DNA of 64,000 bases from a virus (lineage: Duplodnaviria > Caudoviricetes): positions 1 through 64,000 of the IMG/VR virus record IMGVR_UViG_3300011008_000032; one strand, given 5' to 3'. Each line of letters starts with the position of its first letter. Within the stretch, counting starts at the first letter, position 1. Below are positions 57,316-64,000 of the stretch, piece by piece. Both the position numbers and the translations under genes were made by a program. Under the pieces are notes generated by a model, which made no database searches, had not been told where the DNA came from, and saw only the letters and a list, made by a program, of their open reading frames with translations.

Positions 57316-57804
57316 ATGAAAGTTGATGAATTTATTAGAAAATATAATAGCGCAAAAGATAAGGATAAATTTCTCACAGATTGTATAAAAACGCAGTATA
57401 TACCATATAGAATTAAAATTGCGGACTGCGATGGAATTATAAAGGCTAGTACTGGGATAAATGGTGTTTTTAAAATAAACACTCCGGCACAGTTTATGAT
57501 GTTTACTATTCAAGTAATTACAAGATATACAGAAATTGAAAAAGATGATGATATTCTTGGATTATTTGAAAAGCTTGATGAGTTAAATCTTATTAACGCA
57601 ATCACTTCAAAAATTCCTGAGCGTGAGTTTGCTTCATATAATACTATTCTTAATATGATACAGGATGATTATATGGAAAATAATCGCACACTTCTATCTT
57701 TTATAGAAACTAAGGTTAGTGCTTTGGGATTATCCTTAGATGCAATATTAGACGCAATACAGAAATACGTTCCTCAGGATATGCCTGAGGTGGCAGACGA
57801 ATAA
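57316..57804 (+). CDS. putative tail assembly chaperone
   Basis: 162 aa helical acidic protein upstream of TMP; position only. Confidence 0.5.
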   Translation: MKVDEFIRKYNSAKDKDKFLTDCIKTQYIPYRIKIADCDGIIKASTGINGVFKINTPAQFMMFTIQVITRYTEIEKDDDILGLFEKLDELNLINAITSKIPEREFASYNTILNMIQDDYMENNRTLLSFIETKVSALGLSLDAILDAIQKYVPQDMPEVADE

Positions 57805-57819
57805 GCATGTTTTTTCGGA

Positions 57820-57855
57820 GGAGCAGTTGGGGTTATAGCCACTGCTCTATTTTTT
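57820..57855 (+). terminator. Rho-independent terminator-like hairpin
   Basis: GAGCAGT...ACTGCTC followed by TATTTTTT. Confidence 0.6.
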
Positions 57856-57891
57856 ATTGGAGAGGTAGTTCTCTCCTGATTGGAGGGAATT

Positions 57892-58506
57892 ATGAATAAA
57901 GATTTAAGAAGATTGATGAGACAGATTGAAAAAGATGTTGAAAAAAAATGTGCAAATGTTCTGACAAATACATATGAAACTGTTACAGAACAAATTGAAG
58001 CGTCTTTTGAACAAAGTCTTGATGCATTTTATGAACACAAAGCGTTCTGGAATAAAAATTATAAAGAGTTTACTAGTACTCCTAGAAGGTACAAACGTGG
58101 ATATAATTTATATTATGCATCTAATCGTTTTAGTGGATTATTACGAACTGTAGAAGAAATAGAATATGATAAAGCAAATGTTGCTTTAGGTGGAGGTAGA
58201 AGAAAATTATTTGGATTTGGTCATGATAAAAATGATAATTCTCCCGTAGCAGGAATTTGGGTAAGTGGCAATTATATACCGGGAAATCCATATGGTTATA
58301 ATAAAAATGAAATATTTGAAAGAGCATATGCCGAAGGTATACATGGTTTTAAAAGAGGAGAACCTGTAATAGGTCATGCTCCACTTATGATGAAACCTAC
58401 ACCAGAAAGATTAATGCATAAAGCCTTTTGGCATATTAGATCTCGAAGAAACATCAATGGAATTATTGATGAAAATATTAAGAGAGAATTTGAATTTAAT
58501 GAATAA
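57892..58506 (+). CDS. hypothetical tail-region protein
   Basis: Start at ATG 57892 behind GGAGGG. Confidence 0.75.
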   Translation: MNKDLRRLMRQIEKDVEKKCANVLTNTYETVTEQIEASFEQSLDAFYEHKAFWNKNYKEFTSTPRRYKRGYNLYYASNRFSGLLRTVEEIEYDKANVALGGGRRKLFGFGHDKNDNSPVAGIWVSGNYIPGNPYGYNKNEIFERAYAEGIHGFKRGEPVIGHAPLMMKPTPERLMHKAFWHIRSRRNINGIIDENIKREFEFNE

Positions 58507-58520
58507 GGAGGTGAAAGTAA

Positions 58521-61500
58521 TTGGCATATAATTATACCATTAAATTCAATGGTGATATTTCTAATATAGAAAGTTTATTATCTAAGAAACTTATAAAAGA
58601 AATACAAAAAGTCGAAGAAAATAAAATTACTTTTACTTTTGATATAAAGAACGGAGTAGATGATCTACAAGATAAATTAGATGAAATTGCTAAGTTTTTA
58701 GATCCTACTATTGGAGTTCAATTTAAATATGAAGTAAATAAAAAACTATTAGAAGGTGTCAAGAATGATCTACAGAAAGAAATAAACGAAGGGTTTGGAG
58801 ACTCTAAAAACGCAGAACACCTAAGAAAAGTAATAGAAGAAATTACTTCTCAAATGAAGGAACTTGAGGGTTTAGGAGCTAATCCTGATTATATTTCGAA
58901 TATTAGTTCGGAAGCTCAAAAGGCCCAAGAAACAATAGAAGCACTTGAAAAAAGTGTTGAAGATTTAAATAAGAGATTATCTCAAAGTGTAAGTATTGAT
59001 GAATTTGATGAATTAAAAAAACAAATAGATGAAGCTAATCAAAAAATAAATGAGTTAGTTGATAAAAACGAAGAGCTCCAAAATGAATTAAATGGTAAGG
59101 GCGACTATCATTTTAGTTATTATTCTGATTTTGTAGAAGCACAAAAACAAGCTGAAGAATTACGATCTGAAGTTGAACGTCTTAACGAAGAATTATTAAT
59201 GGCTTCTGCTGGCGGAGGATCTGGAACCGGTAGCAATGACACTCTTGGATTTAATTTATCGGCAATTAACAGAATTGTTGCTGCCGTCGAAAAAATTAGT
59301 AATGCAATTGGTGAAATGCCAGAAGAAGGACAGAACCTTCTGCATTTTATTCAAGAAGTAAATGAATCACTAAAAGAAGTTTATGCTAATGTACAAGAAA
59401 TAAGTCTTGTTGGAACAAATGTTCATATTGAGATGGGTGACACCCAATCAATTGAAACTAAACAATATTTAAGAAAACAATTTAAAATATATAAAGAATC
59501 GTATGAGAAATTCTTTGGTGGTAAGTTTATTAATCCAACTAATGTGTTCTCTGCTATTGCTAATGATAAAAAATATGGTGAAATATTTGGTTATGACGTA
59601 GAGAAAGTCAAAAGCAGATATGGTATTGATGAAATTACATCATTAAAAGACACTGAAACCCAGGTTAAAAGAATAATTGAATTCTTTAATACCATTGATG
59701 CTGTAATAAAATCAAGAAAAAAGACACCCGGCTATGATAAAAACTTTGAGTTTAATAAGGAATTAAATTTAGCAAATAGTCGTGCTAAACGTGTTGTAAA
59801 AGAACGTGATATTACCACTATTGACGAGGAAATGAAGGCCATAGAAAATGGCGTTGGTAAAGATATCCTTGCTAAACTTAATGGTGATGTTAAAGAAGAA
59901 ATTTCTGATGATGTTAAATCATTAGATGATATTGTGTCTAAACTTGAAGAGATCAGAGTTATTTTGGAAAGAATAACTTCTGAAAACAGTTTAGGGCAAG
60001 TATTTGATGGTGTTATTAGTAAACTTGAAGAATTTAAGAATGTTCTAAGCACAATTAACTATGATAAAATAGCCTCTATTACAAATGAAAAAGGTGATGT
60101 TCAAAAATGGTATAGGGGTGTTAATGGTGTAAAAAGCGGATTCTTATCTAATGCAGATGATGGTCAAACGTATTGGACAACTAATATAGAATTAGCTCAA
60201 AGATATGCTGAAGAAGTTGGTAAGGTATATGAAGCAGAATTAAAAGCTAAAAATGTTTTAGAGTTGGATGCTGAAGGAAAAGGATCTGATGAAGTCGAGT
60301 TTATTGGGACTCAGGAAGGTAAGGATGCCGCAGAGTCTCTTATAGGAGCAAGAAACGCGCTCAATAAATATAAAGAAGACTTAAACGAACTCTATGCTCA
60401 ATTAAATGAAATTCCTACTTTTGAGATATGGGAACGTAGTGATAAAAATAATGAGATAGAATTAAAAAAGAGTCAGATTAAAGATTTAGAAAACGAAATA
60501 GAGATTTTAGAATCAAAGGTTGAAGATTCTATAATTCTTGGTACTCATGATATTTCTGCGTGGGCACAGAATAATGGATATGATGGCATTATATTTAATA
60601 ACGTTAAAACAGCCGTAGATGATATAGAAAAGCTTGGCTCTACTATGGTAGTATTTTCTGCCGATCAAGAAGCTGCATTAAAAACTATCACTGATGCTTC
60701 AAGTGGTGACGAAGAAAAGCAAAAAATACAAACTCTTTCTGAAGAATTAGAAGAAGTTATTAAGACTATTCAATCTAAAACAGAACAATTTGAAATTGAG
60801 AAACAAGTTGTTAACAATGTCGTAGAGGAAGAGCGTAATAAATTATATGAATTAATTACTACGTTATCAGAAGTTCAAGCAACGATTGAATCTGCTTATA
60901 GATCATTTGATGGTTTTTCTAATGTTAATATTGATTCGTTAGAGTCTTTTTTTACATCTTTAAAAAAGAGTATTGAGAACATAGATTTTGGTAGTGGATT
61001 TCTTAGTCAGATAAATGAGATTCTTTCAAAAGGTGAAGAATTAAAGAATCTTGCTAAATCACTTGATACGCTTTCTAAAAATAAAGGGGCATCAAAAGCC
61101 GCTAAAAAAGCTACCGGCACTAATTCTAAAAAGAGTAAAAGTGAAAAAGAAAAAATAGAAGAAGTTAAAAAGGCATATAAAACTTTAATATCTACTGAAG
61201 AGAAATTTCAGAAATTAGAGAATAAAAAGTCAAGATCCGATTTAACTAAGGATGAAGTTTATACATATACAAAATTAAATGAACAACGTGAACAAGCTAA
61301 AGCGATTATTAGTGAAGCTTCCGAAGAAGTAAAAAAAGAAGTTGGATTAGAGCAAAAACGTTTGGATGTTGCTAATCAAATTACTAAAGCTTTAGAAGAA
61401 CAAAATAAAGTTGAAGATAAACAAAAATCAGATAAATTAAAATCTAGTCTTCAATCTATGATAGATAAAACCGAACAAATGTCGGTTAATCCAAAATTCA

Positions 61501-64000
61501 TAGAATCATTTAGAGACGAATTAAGCGCAGCCGCTGTTAAAGCTACCAAGGCTTTAAATGGAACTGATGATGAAATAATAGAAATAACTGCTGATTTAGA
61601 TAAATTAACTTCTAATATTCCAAAAGATAAATTAGAAAGTAGTTTTACTAAATTAGAAAAACTTGGATTAGATGTTGCGAATGTATTAAATAATAATACG
61701 GCAATGAGTTATAAGTTACGGAGAGAATTTGAACTTTTAGCCGCAGAAATACAGGAAGCATTAGATTCAGGAAATTGGAATGATGTAGGTGGTCTACAAA
61801 AATTTCAGCAAAAGTTAATAAGTCTTCAAAGGACTATGAAACAAGCCGGACAAGATGGCGATTCAATGTGGAGAAGAATTGGTAATAGACTTGCCGATAT
61901 GAATTCTAAAATGATCGCACAATATTTGTCTTGGCAAGATATTATTCGTTATATAAGGCAGATATCTGGTGAAGTTATAAAGCTTGATACTGCTCTTACA
62001 GAATTAAGAAAAGTTTCAGATGCTCCAGACGACCGTTTACAACAGTCACTTGGAAAATCTACTGAAACAGCAAAAGAACTTGGAGCCACAATTGAGGATG
62101 TTATTAATGTTACGGCGGACTGGGCACGTTTAGGTTACAACGTAGACGAAGCAGAAGAACTTGCAAGGGTTACTACCCTTTTCAAAAACGTTGGTGATAA
62201 TATGTCTGCCGAAGATGCAAGTTCATTTATGATCTCAACTCTTAAAGGTTTTGAGATGGAAGCTGATCAGGCAATGGATATCGCTGATAAGTTTAATGAA
62301 GTTGCTAACAATTTTGCCATTGATACAATGGGAATAGGTGACGCATTACAAAGATCTGCTGCATCATTCAATGCCGCCAATACAGATTTAAATGAAAGTA
62401 TTGCATTAATTACTGCTACTAATGCAGTCGTTCAAAATCCGGAAAGTGTCGGTAAATAATATGCCGACTCATACAGTAATGTATGATTATAAAAAGTAGC
62501 TATATCGGTTAAAATCCAGAGATGGTTAAGACCGAGGTAAGATTTATAAATACTTATTTTTTACACGTCAATTAGGAAGGGCGTGTATTTTTATGTCCAA
62601 AAGGAGGAATATGCCTGCCAAAGGACAACTAACAGGAATTTTTATTAAATGTGAAAATTGTGGTAAAGAAGTATATAAAACTCAATCACAATATAAAAAA
62701 GCTTTACATCATTATTGCTCTAATAAATGTCAAAAAATAGTACTACATAATCTCACATATGAAAATAGGAAATGTGAAATATGTGGGAAAGAATTTGAGG
62801 TTAGTAAAAAATCCACACAAAGATTTTGTTCTACAAATTGTCAAAAAATATGGCAAACTCAACAAGTGGGAATCCTAAATCCTAGATTTAATCGTAGTGA
62901 ATATAACTGTGATTATTGTGGTAAAACAATATATGTTATGCCTTGTGAATTAAAACTATTTAAAAAACATTTCTGTTCTGATGATTGTAGAATTAAATGG
63001 TATGCTGAAGATTATTCTCAAAGACCAGAATGGAGAGAAGAATCTCGTATTCGAGCTGTAGATATATTAAATAGTGGAACTATAAGTACAACTAATACAA
63101 AACCTCAAATTATAATAAATAATTTATTAGATAAATTACAAATACCATATAGAAACGAAGAACCTTTTGATTACTATTCTGCCGATAATTATTTATATAA
63201 TAATAATTTGATCATTGAAGTAATGGGAGATTTTTGGCATGGGCATGGTTCGCCAATTAAATATCAATATAATAATTTATATGATATACAATTAAAAAAT
63301 ATAAAAAGAGATAAATTAAAATGTATGCATATAAAGAATAAATATAATATAAATATTTTATATTTATGGGAAAATGATATTTATAAAAATATAGAAATGT
63401 GTGAAAAATTAATAATACTATATGTTCAAATGAGTGGGAAATTAAATAATTATCACTCATTTAATTATTATTTTGACAATGAAATAAAACTAAATTCTAA
63501 ATTAATAATACCATATCAGGACATAGCTGCGTAATTTAATGCCTAATCATTTGAATTCGTAGTATAAAATAAGTATTTATAAAAAACCGTAGAGACTGTA
63601 ATGGTTTATGTGGTGACATATAAACCTCCGCTACTCCCCTATTTACATAGGGTGAAGATCCAGTCCGAACTGCAAATATAATCTAGAAATGAAATTGCAG
63701 AGATAAGCAGAAATGACTTATCCGCCTATTGTTTATAATAGGTCATAAAAGTAACAGTTTGACAATGTGGAAGACGGTTTCTGCTCGTATACGTGGGGCG
63801 AAAGCAGAATTAGAAGAAGCCGGAGAAGACACCGAAGGAATGGTTGAGTCTACATCAAAACTACGAGCTCTTGTAAAAGGGTTTACTGGTTTTGACATTA
63901 TGGAAGACGAAAAAACCTTTAAATCTATTTATGATATAATACTTGGAATTGGCGAGAAGTGGCAAGATTTAAATGATATAGATCGCGCAGCTCTTCTTGA
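58521..64000 (+). CDS. tape measure protein, spliced (exon 1 58521-62453, exon 2 63762 to beyond window end), with embedded ART-like domain
   Basis: TP901-type TMP core KLDTALTELRKV...WARLGY...DKFNEVANNFAI...ALITATNAVVQNPESVG^TMWKTVSARIRGAK; exon 2 stays open to the window end. Confidence 0.9.
62454..63761 (+). mobile_element. group I intron, 1308 nt, with endonuclease ORF in the P6 extension
   Basis: P1 GUCGGU^/GCCGAC with U-G; perfect 18-bp stem 62543-62560/63566-63583 enclosing the ORF; P3 GTAGC/GCTAC; P7 GACTG (63594-98)/CAGTC (63661-65); terminal G 63761. Confidence 0.93.
62611..63534 (+). CDS. intron-encoded endonuclease: tandem CxxC Zn-finger repeats + Vsr/EDxHD-like nuclease domain
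   Basis: Repeats CENC..CSNKC, CEIC..CSTNC, CDYC..CSDDC; ADNYL...IIEVMGDFWHG; start revised to ATG 62611 behind AAGGAGG. Confidence 0.85.
   Translation: MPAKGQLTGIFIKCENCGKEVYKTQSQYKKALHHYCSNKCQKIVLHNLTYENRKCEICGKEFEVSKKSTQRFCSTNCQKIWQTQQVGILNPRFNRSEYNCDYCGKTIYVMPCELKLFKKHFCSDDCRIKWYAEDYSQRPEWREESRIRAVDILNSGTISTTNTKPQIIINNLLDKLQIPYRNEEPFDYYSADNYLYNNNLIIEVMGDFWHGHGSPIKYQYNNLYDIQLKNIKRDKLKCMHIKNKYNINILYLWENDIYKNIEMCEKLIILYVQMSGKLNNYHSFNYYFDNEIKLNSKLIIPYQDIAA

Noticed and set aside
57790-57900. Programmed frameshift between tail chaperone and next ORF
   Set aside because: No clear slippery heptamer at the chaperone end; a terminator-like hairpin separates the genes and the next ORF has its own RBS.
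1-64000. CRISPR array, rRNA or canonical tRNA genes
   Set aside because: No regularly spaced repeats or cloverleafs recognised by eye; a tRNAscan-SE/CRISPR finder run would be needed to exclude degenerate ones.

Overview
The window is a 64-kb segment of a large AT-rich temperate siphophage of the SPbeta-like type, probably infecting a Firmicutes/Clostridia-type host (host assignment is inference). It has two divergent arms. The minus-strand arm (1-25.6 kb) holds about 50 mostly small early/accessory ORFs driven by near-consensus sigmaA promoters. It ends in an SPbeta sro-like triad: an intact tyrosine recombinase, a DndB/DGQHR-type protein and a catalytically degenerate recombinase-fold repressor. 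The plus-strand arm (26.6-64 kb) encodes a YonO-type single-subunit RNA polymerase, HU, a ClpP-like protease, a metallophosphoesterase, terminase, portal, protease/scaffold, capsid, head-tail and tail genes and the start of a giant tape measure protein. The ORF track fragments three essential virion genes because each is split by a group I intron with readable splice sites and P7 helices: terminase large subunit (37219-37504, ORF-less), major capsid protein (43426-44552, GIY-YIG endonuclease) and tape measure protein (62454-63761, Zn-finger/Vsr-like endonuclease). The most unusual observations are (1) an ADP-ribosyltransferase-like domain embedded in the tape measure protein, (2) several unnamed, highly structured intergenic RNA candidates (a perfect three-way junction whose loop is complementary to the downstream RBS, a 330-nt double-pseudoknot region, a 177-nt element with a tRNA-like end), (3) a ~600-nt early leader with an rrn-type boxA, (4) a repeated promoter/operator element, and (5) glycosyltransferase fusions plus a cysteine desulfurase inside the late region. 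No tRNA, rRNA or CRISPR array was recognised. All family assignments come from motif recognition by eye, not database searches.
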